Shown piece by piece: positions 1-8,020 of a DNA stretch of 20,000 bases. Below the pieces are notes generated by a model. It was not told where the DNA came from. It ran no database searches and worked only from the letters and a program-made list of their open reading frames with translations. Source of the stretch: an uncultured virus (IMG/VR IMGVR_UViG_3300032073_002513) (taxonomy: Duplodnaviria > Heunggongvirae > Uroviricota > Caudoviricetes); IMG/VR virus record IMGVR_UViG_3300032073_002513. The stretch is one strand, 5' to 3'. The translations under genes were made by a program, and so were the position numbers. Position 1 is the stretch's first letter. Each line of letters starts with the position of its first letter.

Positions 1-1
1 C

Positions 2-1045
2 AGACCTTCAGAGTGCTCTTATTGTTGGGATGTCGAAGATCTTGGATTGATTTCTGATAGACAAACTCTTGCAGTACAATTTTTTAAACATAATCGTAAT
101 ATAGTAGACGAGGCAGTAGATGCTGGAACAGGTTATGTTTATCCTAAGTATCTAGAAATATCGTTTACTAATAAATGTCAAATGGCATGTAGTTATTGTG
201 GTCCTGTTTTTAGCACAACATGGGAAAAGGAAATAGAAGAACACGGTCCTTACAAATTATCTAAAGACTATAATTCAATTCATACTCCTCAAATAGAAAA
301 CTCTCCATACATAACCAGGTTTTGGAAATGGTTTCCACAGGCATATGAACACTTATTTGTTCTTAGAGTTACAGGTGGTGAGCCTTTATTAGATAAGAAC
401 ACATATAAGTTACTCCAATATGTAAAAGACAACCCAAGAAAAGGATTAACATTCCATTGTAATTCTAATCTTATGGTTTCAGAAAATAGAGTAAAAAAGT
501 ATATAGGTTTGGTTAAGGATATTCCTAATACAAAACTTTATGCTAGCATTGATTCATGGGGTAAACAGGCAGAGTACATTAGACATGGATTAGATGTTTC
601 TCACTTTGAACAAAATTTACATAGATTATTGGCTAACGGAATACCAGTAGGAATAATGAATACATATAATTTCTTATCTATTCCTAATACCGAAGAGTTC
701 ATATTTAAAATGGCAGAACTTAAAAATACTTATGGTGATCTAATTACAATAGACATGCCTTTTATGGTAGAGCCAGACCACCTTTCAGCACAAATCTCAG
801 ACGACTCTCATATAAGTATAATGGAGAAGGATTTAAAAACTATGGAAAGTTATCCTCAGTTTTCTACAGGCGAGATAGAAAAATTTAGAAAAACTGTAGG
901 ATGGATAAAGGCAAATAGATTTAAAGATTTAGAACTGCTAAAACATAGAAGAGATTTTTGGCATTTTGTATATGAGCATGATAAAAGAAGAGGCACAGAT
1001 TTTAAAGCTGCCTTTCCTAATTTAGGATTTGAAAATGAAACATGA
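2..1045 (+). CDS. Radical SAM protein, 5' truncated by the window edge
   Basis: CxxxCxxC motif (CQMACSYC) and VTGGEP. The frame is open from position 2 (RPSECSYCWDVEDLG..., an extra CxxC), so the true start is upstream of the window. Confidence 0.9.
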   Translation, partial: RPSECSYCWDVEDLGLISDRQTLAVQFFKHNRNIVDEAVDAGTGYVYPKYLEISFTNKCQMACSYCGPVFSTTWEKEIEEHGPYKLSKDYNSIHTPQIENSPYITRFWKWFPQAYEHLFVLRVTGGEPLLDKNTYKLLQYVKDNPRKGLTFHCNSNLMVSENRVKKYIGLVKDIPNTKLYASIDSWGKQAEYIRHGLDVSHFEQNLHRLLANGIPVGIMNTYNFLSIPNTEEFIFKMAELKNTYGDLITIDMPFMVEPDHLSAQISDDSHISIMEKDLKTMESYPQFSTGEIEKFRKTVGWIKANRFKDLELLKHRRDFWHFVYEHDKRRGTDFKAAFPNLGFENET

Positions 1046-1046
1046 G

Positions 1047-1694
1047 ATGGGTGAAAATAAATTATATTCAATTAATAATCCGTTATTAATGACAATAGAT
1101 GATTTCTTACCAGAAGAAGTAGTAGATCTATTATCCTCAGATATTGAGAAACATTGTATATTTAAAGGTGCCCAAGTATCTACAAATGATGGTACAGGTG
1201 AAAAATCTAATTTAAGAACAAATGAAACATCTAGTCTCCATTATCTACAATCCGAAGGAGCTAGAATATTTTTAGACGCAGCCTCAGCTTCGTTAAGATT
1301 AAATCCAGCTCAAGCAGAACCTATATCAGTTATTAAATATAAAAAGGGTCAACAATTTGAACCTCACATGGATGCTTTTGGAGATGATAAATTAAATGCT
1401 TATTCTCCTCAAGCAGGCAATAGAATAGCAACAGCAATATTATATTTAAATGATGTACAACATGGAGGGGAAACAGATTTTCCTAACATGAAAATTACAA
1501 TACCAGCCAAGAAAGGAAGAGTAGTATTGTTTTCTAATTGCCACATGGGCACAACTCAGCCTCTTGAATTGTCAATGCACGCAGGATTGCCAGTTATTCG
1601 AGGAGAAAAAACAGCAGTTAACTTGTGGTTTAGATCGGGTGTTTACGATAATAATATGTACCAAAAATGGTTAGAACAGCAGCAGAGTGTATAA
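1047..1694 (+). CDS. 2OG-Fe(II) oxygenase, prolyl 4-hydroxylase-like
   Basis: HxD (PHMD), RIATAILYLNDVQHGGETDFP, distal His (SMHAGLPV) and KTAVNLWFR. Start could be 1035 or 1047. Confidence 0.9.
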   Translation: MGENKLYSINNPLLMTIDDFLPEEVVDLLSSDIEKHCIFKGAQVSTNDGTGEKSNLRTNETSSLHYLQSEGARIFLDAASASLRLNPAQAEPISVIKYKKGQQFEPHMDAFGDDKLNAYSPQAGNRIATAILYLNDVQHGGETDFPNMKITIPAKKGRVVLFSNCHMGTTQPLELSMHAGLPVIRGEKTAVNLWFRSGVYDNNMYQKWLEQQQSV

Positions 1695-1697
1695 ATA
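1690..1697 (+). promoter_or_regulatory. T4-type late promoter upstream of hsp20
   Basis: Exact TATAAATA at a gene boundary, 58 nt before the hsp20 ATG. Confidence 0.7.
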
Positions 1698-1701
1698 GTA
1701 T

Positions 1702-1758
1702 TGATACGCCGGAAGGGTATCATATTTTAATCTTGCTAAATAATAGGAGAAAACAATG
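1702..1758 (+). promoter_or_regulatory. ROSE-like RNA thermometer 5' UTR of hsp20
   Basis: 5' hairpin TGATAC-G-CC-GGAA-GG-GTATCA (1702-1722). TCTTGCT (1731-1737) can pair with the SD AGGAGA (1745-1750), leaving a bulged G, the U(U/C)GCU hallmark of ROSE elements. Confidence 0.65.
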
Positions 1759-2193
1759 GTAAGCATAAACACGACAAATTGGAACGATTTCGTTTCAGCA
1801 TTCCCACAAATAGAAAGTAGACTAATTGGATTTGACAGAGTCTTTGACGCTGTTCAAAGAGTCAATACCACCGAGGCTAACTTCCCACCTTATAATATTA
1901 AAAAAATAGACGATGAGAATTATGAAATTCAAATTGCTCTTGCAGGCTTTTCAAAGTCTGAACTTGATATTACTGTGGAAGACGGTAATCTAATCGTCAA
2001 AGGTGAACAGGCAGAGACTTCTAAAACAGAATATTTGCACAAAGGAATTGCAGAACGCAATTTCACAAGAACATGGTCTTTAGCAGATACTGTTAAAGTG
2101 TCAGGTTCTGAATTGAAGGACGGAGTATTAACAATTAATTTGGTAAACAAAATTCCAGAAGAATTAAAACCTCAGTCTATTAAAATTAAATAA
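1756..2193 (+). CDS. hsp20: Small heat shock protein Hsp20 (IbpA-like)
   Basis: IGFDRVFD, NFPPYNI, IALAGF, YLHKGIAERNFTRTW and LKDGVLTI motifs; strong SD. Confidence 0.96.
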   Translation: MVSINTTNWNDFVSAFPQIESRLIGFDRVFDAVQRVNTTEANFPPYNIKKIDDENYEIQIALAGFSKSELDITVEDGNLIVKGEQAETSKTEYLHKGIAERNFTRTWSLADTVKVSGSELKDGVLTINLVNKIPEELKPQSIKIK

Positions 2194-2214
2194 TTAAAAC
2201 AGGAGATAAGGAGT

Positions 2215-2559
2215 ATGGCTACAAACATACAAATCGTTAAACTTACAACAGGTGAAGACTTGATTGGAGACATTACAGAAGAGGAAATTGATGGTAGAGG
2301 TTTTCTACTTATCAAAAAACCAGCTATTATTATGATTATGCCTAAACCTGGAAGTGAAACTGATTATACTGTAGGGCTAGCTCCTTACGCTCCATTTGCA
2401 AAAGATCACAAAGTACCAATCTTTCCAGCTCATGTTGTTTCAGTCTACGATCCAGGAAAAGAAATGTTAAACACATATAATACAAAATTCGGTTCTGGAA
2501 TTGTAACACCTGACTTTATAAATAAAAAGGTGTTGAACGAGACAATAAAAGGAAAGTAA
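2215..2559 (+). CDS. Hypothetical protein of T4-like phages (possible Sm-like beta fold)
   Basis: SD AGGAG. N-terminal IQIVKLTTGEDLIG pattern that I recall in genes downstream of hsp20 in T4-like phages. Confidence 0.7.
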   Translation: MATNIQIVKLTTGEDLIGDITEEEIDGRGFLLIKKPAIIMIMPKPGSETDYTVGLAPYAPFAKDHKVPIFPAHVVSVYDPGKEMLNTYNTKFGSGIVTPDFINKKVLNETIKGK

Positions 2560-2979
2560 ATGTATGAATATAGAGTTAAGATCGTAAAGGTCGTAGATGG
2601 GGACACAGTAGATGTGGATATCGACTTGGGGTTTGGAGTCTGGCTTAAGAAACAAAGGGTCAGGTTATTCGGTATCGACACACCGGAAAGTAGAACCCGT
2701 GACCTCGTTGAAAAAAGATTTGGAAACATGGCGAAAGATTATCTTAAAAGTAGATTATCAAGTGGAGCTATACTCGGAACAAGGCTTGATAAAAAAGGCA
2801 AATTTGGACGGATACTTGGTGAATTTTTTGTGTTAGATAATGAGGGCCATCCTCAATTTGAAGTTAAAGTGAATGTAAACGAGGAATTGATTGCTAAACA
2901 TCATGCCGTTGCATACCACGGACAATCTAAAGAAGAAATAAAAGAAGCACATTTGGTTAATAGGACCTTTTTTGAATAA
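2560..2979 (+). CDS. Thermonuclease (SNase-like) family nuclease
   Basis: VVDGDTVDVDIDLGF, RVRLFGIDTPESR and GKFGRILG motifs. Confidence 0.9.
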   Translation: MYEYRVKIVKVVDGDTVDVDIDLGFGVWLKKQRVRLFGIDTPESRTRDLVEKRFGNMAKDYLKSRLSSGAILGTRLDKKGKFGRILGEFFVLDNEGHPQFEVKVNVNEELIAKHHAVAYHGQSKEEIKEAHLVNRTFFE

Positions 2980-2984
2980 AGTCC

Positions 2985-3013
2985 TTGACTCTTAGTCAGT
3001 AAGAGTGCATAAT
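2985..3013 (+). promoter_or_regulatory. Sigma70-type promoter of gp43 with embedded inverted repeat
   Basis: TTGACT-N17-CATAAT; inverted repeat ACTCTTA-N5-TAAGAGT at 2988-3006. Confidence 0.75.
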
Positions 3014-3039
3014 GTGTATATTATGTTTAAGGTGTTGTT

Positions 3040-5535
3040 ATGAATTTTTATACTTATGCGAGACATTATGGAAATGATATACTTTTCCGTGGTGTAAAAA
3101 ATGGTAAGCGATTTACTGCAAGGCATGAATTTCAGCCTACTCTGTTTGTTAAGAGTAAAGAAAAATCTAAGTACAAAAGTATCTTTGGTGAGAATGTATC
3201 ACCTATAAAGTTCCCCACAAATAAGGAGGCAACTGCCTTCTTTGACAGTTACAAAGATGTAGAAAATTTTCCAATATTTGGACAAAACTATTACGCATAC
3301 CAATATATCACCGAGAACTATCCTGGTGAGATACAATGGGATGCTAATGAGATGTTAATCTATTCTATCGATATTGAAACAACATCGGAAGGTGGATTTC
3401 CTAATGTAGACTCCCCTAGTGAGAAAGTTCTAGTTATCACACTTCAAAACAACAACACCAAGAAGATAACAACTTTTGGCCTGGGGGAGTTTACGCCTAC
3501 TAAAGAAACAAATCATTTAGATATTGACTATCAAGGTTTTGACACAGAAGAACAACTATTAGATACTTTCCTCACTTGGTGGCAGGATAATTGTCCTGAT
3601 ATTATTACAGGTTGGAACAGTAATTTATTTGATATGCCTTATCTTATTACAAGAGTTCAACGAGTATTAGGTGAGAATGAACATAAAAGATTCTCTCCTT
3701 TTAAATTAATTAACAAGCGTCCTATTAGATTTGCTAATCGTGAGATGACAGCATTCGAGATTACAGGTGTTGCACAATTAGACTATTTGGACTTATATAA
3801 GAAGTTTACTTATGTGACTCGAGAGTCTTACAAACTAGACTTTATTGCAGAAACAGAACTAGGTAAGAATAAACTAGAGTCTGGCTTTGACACATTTAAA
3901 GAGTTTTATGACGGAGATTGGAATAGGTTTGTAGAATATAATATTATTGATACAGTTATTGTCGACGAACTAGAAGACAAGATGAAACTTATTGAACTTG
4001 CTATTACAATGGCCTATGACGCTAAGTGTAATTATAATGATGTATTCTCAGCTGTTAGAACCTGGGATAGTTTATTATATAATCATCTATGGGAAAAGGA
4101 CATTGTTATTCACCAAGGTGGTGGTAGAAAGGATAGACAAATTGAAGGTGCGTTTGTACAGGAACCTAAACCTGGCAGTTATGAATGGGTGGCTAGTTTC
4201 GATGCTACAAGTCTATATCCTAGTATTCTAATGCAACACAATATGAGTCCTGAGACTATTGTTCCTGGGTTTAAATATAATGTTAGCGTTGACGATCAAC
4301 TGGACAGATATCAGTTAGACAAGTTAAAAGAAAAGAACTATACTATGGCAGGCAATGGCTCTTGTTATACAAGAGAAAAGAAAGGTCTGTTTCCTGAGAT
4401 TGTACAAAAGTTTTTTAATGATAGATTAAAATATAAGAAGTTGATGCAGAAGGCACAGAAAGATTTCCAAGAAACAGGTGCCCTACATCACAAGAACGAG
4501 ATAAGTAAATATAACAACTTTCAGATGGCTCGTAAGATTCAATTAAACAGTTTATATGGTGCCCTAGCTAATCAGTATTTTAGATTCTATGATGATAGAA
4601 TTGCAGAAGGTATTACAATGTCGGGACAATTAGTTATCCGAGATACAGCTAAGGCTTTGGACAAGTATATGAACAAAGTATGTGGCACAGAAGATGAGAT
4701 GTATTCTTTTTATAGTGATACAGATTCTTGTTATGTTACATGTAAAAAGATGGTAGATAATTTCTTCCCTGATAAAGACACAGATAAGGTTGTAGAACTT
4801 CTTGATAAGATAGGTACAGATAAAATAGAACCTGCTATTGCACAGGCAATGACAAAGTTAGGTAATTATACTAATGCCTTTGAACATAAGATAGACTTTA
4901 AGCGTGAGGTTATCGCAGATAAAGGTGTGTTTGTGGCTAAGAAAAGATATGCCTTAAATGTACTAGATGATGAAGGACTAAGACTTAAAGAACCTAAGTT
5001 AAAAGTTATGGGTTTAGAAATTGTAAGGTCCTCGACTCCTGCTCCTATCCGAGATAGTTTGAAGGAGGCAGTCCGTCTTATTCTTACTAGTGATGAAGAC
5101 AAGTTACAAACATATATTGCTGAGGCACAAAAACAATTTAATACATTATCTGCAGAAGAGATTGCCTTTCCTCGAGGTTGTAATAATCTTAAGAAATACT
5201 CATCTACAGCAGACATATATCAGAAAGGCACACCCATACATGTTCGAGGTTCCTTACTGTATAATAAGCTCTTAAAAGATAAGAGTTTGAACCTTAAGTA
5301 TGAGAAAATACAAGAAGGTGATAAGATTAAGTTCCTTTATTTAAAAGAACCTAACAGTTTACATGAGAACACTATTGCCTTTGTAACTAAACTTCCTAAA
5401 GAGTTTGAGATTACAAAGTATGTAGATTATGATTTAATATTTCAGAAAGCATTTATTGATCCTTTAGAAAATATATTGAAACCTTTAGGATGGAATACAG
5501 AACCTCAGGCTACACTCGAGGATTTATTTGCATAA
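3040..5535 (+). CDS. 43: Family B DNA polymerase (T4 gp43-like)
   Basis: Exonuclease motifs DIET and YKLDFIAETELG; polymerase motifs SFDATSLYPS, KIQLNSLYG, YSDTDS and KKRYAL; C-terminal clamp-binding LEDLF. Confidence 0.98.
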   Translation: MNFYTYARHYGNDILFRGVKNGKRFTARHEFQPTLFVKSKEKSKYKSIFGENVSPIKFPTNKEATAFFDSYKDVENFPIFGQNYYAYQYITENYPGEIQWDANEMLIYSIDIETTSEGGFPNVDSPSEKVLVITLQNNNTKKITTFGLGEFTPTKETNHLDIDYQGFDTEEQLLDTFLTWWQDNCPDIITGWNSNLFDMPYLITRVQRVLGENEHKRFSPFKLINKRPIRFANREMTAFEITGVAQLDYLDLYKKFTYVTRESYKLDFIAETELGKNKLESGFDTFKEFYDGDWNRFVEYNIIDTVIVDELEDKMKLIELAITMAYDAKCNYNDVFSAVRTWDSLLYNHLWEKDIVIHQGGGRKDRQIEGAFVQEPKPGSYEWVASFDATSLYPSILMQHNMSPETIVPGFKYNVSVDDQLDRYQLDKLKEKNYTMAGNGSCYTREKKGLFPEIVQKFFNDRLKYKKLMQKAQKDFQETGALHHKNEISKYNNFQMARKIQLNSLYGALANQYFRFYDDRIAEGITMSGQLVIRDTAKALDKYMNKVCGTEDEMYSFYSDTDSCYVTCKKMVDNFFPDKDTDKVVELLDKIGTDKIEPAIAQAMTKLGNYTNAFEHKIDFKREVIADKGVFVAKKRYALNVLDDEGLRLKEPKLKVMGLEIVRSSTPAPIRDSLKEAVRLILTSDEDKLQTYIAEAQKQFNTLSAEEIAFPRGCNNLKKYSSTADIYQKGTPIHVRGSLLYNKLLKDKSLNLKYEKIQEGDKIKFLYLKEPNSLHENTIAFVTKLPKEFEITKYVDYDLIFQKAFIDPLENILKPLGWNTEPQATLEDLFA

Positions 5536-5660
5536 TGGAATTGCAATCGTTAGCAGGCTGGGGTTTATTTGTATGTATGATAGTTTCCAATTGGGTAATG
5601 TTTATTCTTATAGATGGATTTTTTGAAGGGGATATAGAAGGAGTTAAATATGAAAAATAA
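5535..5660 (+). CDS. Small membrane protein, 41 aa (MELQSLAGWGLFVCMIVSNWVMFILIDGFFEGDIEGVKYEK)
   Basis: Translated by hand. TAATG overlap with the gp43 stop; one hydrophobic segment. Not in the ORF track. Confidence 0.6.
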   Translation: MELQSLAGWGLFVCMIVSNWVMFILIDGFFEGDIEGVKYEK

Positions 5661-5820
5661 AGATGAAAGAAATACACATTTCATATACAGTATATTGAAA
5701 AGTGGTTTTAGATGTGGAGGTTGTGTTATACCTTTTGTTATTAATGAGCCGTGGGCTTGGCAAGTATTTTTAGGAGCATTCTTTGTTGCTGAGATACTAG
5801 GAATTATGGAGGAGTTATAA
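5650..5820 (+). CDS. Small membrane protein, 56 aa (MKNKDERNTHFIYSILKSGFRCGG...FFVAEILGIMEEL)
   Basis: Translated by hand. SD AAGGAG; TAATG coupling to the next ORF; hydrophobic C-terminal half. Not in the ORF track. Confidence 0.7.
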   Translation: MKNKDERNTHFIYSILKSGFRCGGCVIPFVINEPWAWQVFLGAFFVAEILGIMEEL

Positions 5821-6008
5821 TGGGAACACACGCATGGAAAAAGAAAAGCGTAAGAGCTAGAAGGGAAGGTGCTTTAGAAAGACTTAAAGCATCTAAATTT
5901 ACACCAAAAATTGTGCAAGGAAAAGAACGCAATGAAGAGAACTGGACAAAGAAGAAAGAGAAACAAATTGAAACTCTTGAATCCAGAATTAGAGGGACAC
6001 AAGGTTAA
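5820..6008 (+). CDS. Small basic hypothetical protein
   Basis: SD GGAGGAG; TAATG overlap with the upstream ORF. Confidence 0.7.
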   Translation: MGTHAWKKKSVRARREGALERLKASKFTPKIVQGKERNEENWTKKKEKQIETLESRIRGTQG

Positions 6009-6056
6009 GTTTCAACATAAGAAACTTTTAGATCAACAAAAAGAGATTGACGAACA

Positions 6057-6821
6057 ATGGGAAAGAATAAAAAAATTGCAGTCATTGGATATGGATTTGT
6101 AGGCAAAGCCACATATTATTTTTTAACTGAAAAACTATATGGCGAACTTTCAGACGTCTATATTCATGATCCTGATTTAGGTTACAACATAGATAATTGG
6201 AATGAAATTGATTATGCTTTTATTTGCGTTCCAACTAACCTAAAACAAGGAAAGTTAGACACAAGTATTATAGATAAGATACTATCAGAACTTTATGTAG
6301 GTGTACAACCTGTTATTAGAAGTACAATAGGTCCTGATCAATGTTTGGCTTATGCTAATAGAGGAATAATTATAATGCCAGAGTTTTTAAGAGAAAAACA
6401 TTGGAAGGAAGATATAGACAATCCTAACATTGATATTTTAATTGGTTGTTATAATTGTGATGAATTTGTTGATCTAATGTCATGTGGTAATAAATTTGTA
6501 AAACAGGTTACACCATGCGAGGCAAGTGCAATAAAAATGTTTAGAAACGCTGCACTGGCTGTTAAAGTAGGTTTAGCAAATGACTTTAAAAATATATGTG
6601 AAGTACAAGATATAGACTATGAAGTCATAAAAGAGTTTCTAGAGAATGATGAGAACTTAGGAGGAACACATTGGGCTGTTCCAGGCCCAGATGGAGAGTA
6701 CGGTTTTGGTGGCACTTGTTTACCAAAAGATTTGACACATGCTTCTGAGCTATGCTATAATTCTTTTAATATAATGAATACAGCCTTAGAGGCTAATAAA
6801 GGTAGGAGAAAAGATGGGTAA
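6057..6821 (+). CDS. UDP-glucose/GDP-mannose dehydrogenase family protein (short form)
   Basis: Rossmann GYGFVG, FICVPT, IRSTI, PEFLRE and catalytic GFGGTCLPKD. Confidence 0.9.
   Translation: MGKNKKIAVIGYGFVGKATYYFLTEKLYGELSDVYIHDPDLGYNIDNWNEIDYAFICVPTNLKQGKLDTSIIDKILSELYVGVQPVIRSTIGPDQCLAYANRGIIIMPEFLREKHWKEDIDNPNIDILIGCYNCDEFVDLMSCGNKFVKQVTPCEASAIKMFRNAALAVKVGLANDFKNICEVQDIDYEVIKEFLENDENLGGTHWAVPGPDGEYGFGGTCLPKDLTHASELCYNSFNIMNTALEANKGRRKDG
6732..6761 (+). promoter_or_regulatory. Intragenic consensus sigma70 promoter ahead of uvsX
   Basis: TTGACA (6732-6737), 18 nt spacer, TATAAT (6756-6761) with an extended -10 TG; 52 nt before the uvsX ATG. Confidence 0.6.
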
Positions 6822-7884
6822 TCTATTAGATAAATTACAAAAAAATTCCACAATTAGAGAAACAGATATTTTGACTGACTCTAAGTTTTTTAATGACAAA
6901 GACTTGATACAAACATCTGTTCCAGCAGTTAATGTTGCTTTAAGTGGTAAACTAGACGGTGGACTTACACCTGGACTTACAGTATTTGCAGGTCCTAGTA
7001 AGCATTTTAAAACAGCATTTGCTATGTTATTAATTAAGGCACACCAAGAGAAATATCCTGATGGTGTTGTTTTATTTTATGATAGTGAGTTTGGTGCACC
7101 TAAGTCTTATTTTGAGACTTTTGATATTGATACTAGCAAAGTATTACATACACCTATTGCAGATATTGAACAATTAAAACATGATGTGATGCAACAGTTG
7201 AATGGTGTAGAACGAGGCGATAATATTATGGTTGTTGTTGACTCTGTAGGTAACTTGGCTTCTAAGAAAGAAGTAGAAGATGCCTTGGAAGGTAAGAGTG
7301 TAGCAGACATGACAAGGGCTAAACAAATGAAGTCCTTATTTAGAATGATTACTCCTCATCTAACAATTAAAGATATTCCAGCTATTGTAGTTAACCATAC
7401 ATATAAAGAGATAGGATTGTTTCCTAAAGATGTGGTTAGTGGTGGCACAGGTATTTACTATTCTGCAGATAATATTTTTATTATTGGTAGACGACAACAA
7501 AAGACAGGAACAGAAGTTACAGGTTATGAATTTATAATTAATGTTGAAAAGTCTAGATTTGTTAGAGAGAAGTCTAAAATTCCTGTAGAAGTTACATGGG
7601 AGAACGGTATTAGTAAATGGTCTGGGTTACTAGACATGGCGATGGCTTCTGGACATGTAATTAAACCTAGTAATGGTTGGTATCAGAGAGTTGACATGGA
7701 CACAGGTGAAGCAGTAGATCCTAAAGTTAGAGCTAAGGATCTAGGTAAAGATTTTTGGTTGCCTGTACTCTCAGATAAAAGATTTGGAGACTGGGTTAAA
7801 AAGTCATATACTATTGGCTCTGTAGAAATGATGGCAGAGGAAATCAGTGATGAAGATATTCAACAAGAATACGAAAAAGTGTGA
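6814..7884 (+). CDS. uvsX: UvsX RecA-like recombinase
   Basis: Walker A AGPSKHFKT, FYDSEFG, DSVGNLASKKEVEDA, DMTRAK and SGGTGIYYSAD. Confidence 0.97.
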   Translation: MGNLLDKLQKNSTIRETDILTDSKFFNDKDLIQTSVPAVNVALSGKLDGGLTPGLTVFAGPSKHFKTAFAMLLIKAHQEKYPDGVVLFYDSEFGAPKSYFETFDIDTSKVLHTPIADIEQLKHDVMQQLNGVERGDNIMVVVDSVGNLASKKEVEDALEGKSVADMTRAKQMKSLFRMITPHLTIKDIPAIVVNHTYKEIGLFPKDVVSGGTGIYYSADNIFIIGRRQQKTGTEVTGYEFIINVEKSRFVREKSKIPVEVTWENGISKWSGLLDMAMASGHVIKPSNGWYQRVDMDTGEAVDPKVRAKDLGKDFWLPVLSDKRFGDWVKKSYTIGSVEMMAEEISDEDIQQEYEKV

Positions 7885-8020
7885 TAGGTGTGAAAAACCT
7901 ATAGACAAAAAAGACAAAGCATATTGTTTTCATAATGGCGATGACGAAGTATATATTTGTGCTCCGTGTGTCATAGAAGTTTACAATGATTACAAGACAG
8001 AGGTAAAAAGAGATGCTTGA
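7850..8020 (+). CDS. Small C4 zinc-finger protein, 56 aa
   Basis: Translated by hand: MKIFNKNTKKCDRCEKPIDKKDKAYCFHNGDDEVYICAPCVIEVYNDYKTEVKRDA. SD AGAGGA; fills the uvsX-gp41 gap. Not in the ORF track. Confidence 0.7.
   Translation: MKIFNKNTKKCDRCEKPIDKKDKAYCFHNGDDEVYICAPCVIEVYNDYKTEVKRDA

Noticed and set aside
2612..5275. Nested + strand ORFs 2612-2836, 3992-4231 and 5090-5275
   Set aside because: They are out-of-frame shadows inside the nuclease and gp43 genes.
5911..6102. 63 aa alternative-frame ORF
   Set aside because: It overlaps two better-supported genes, has no SD, and no frameshift signal was identified.
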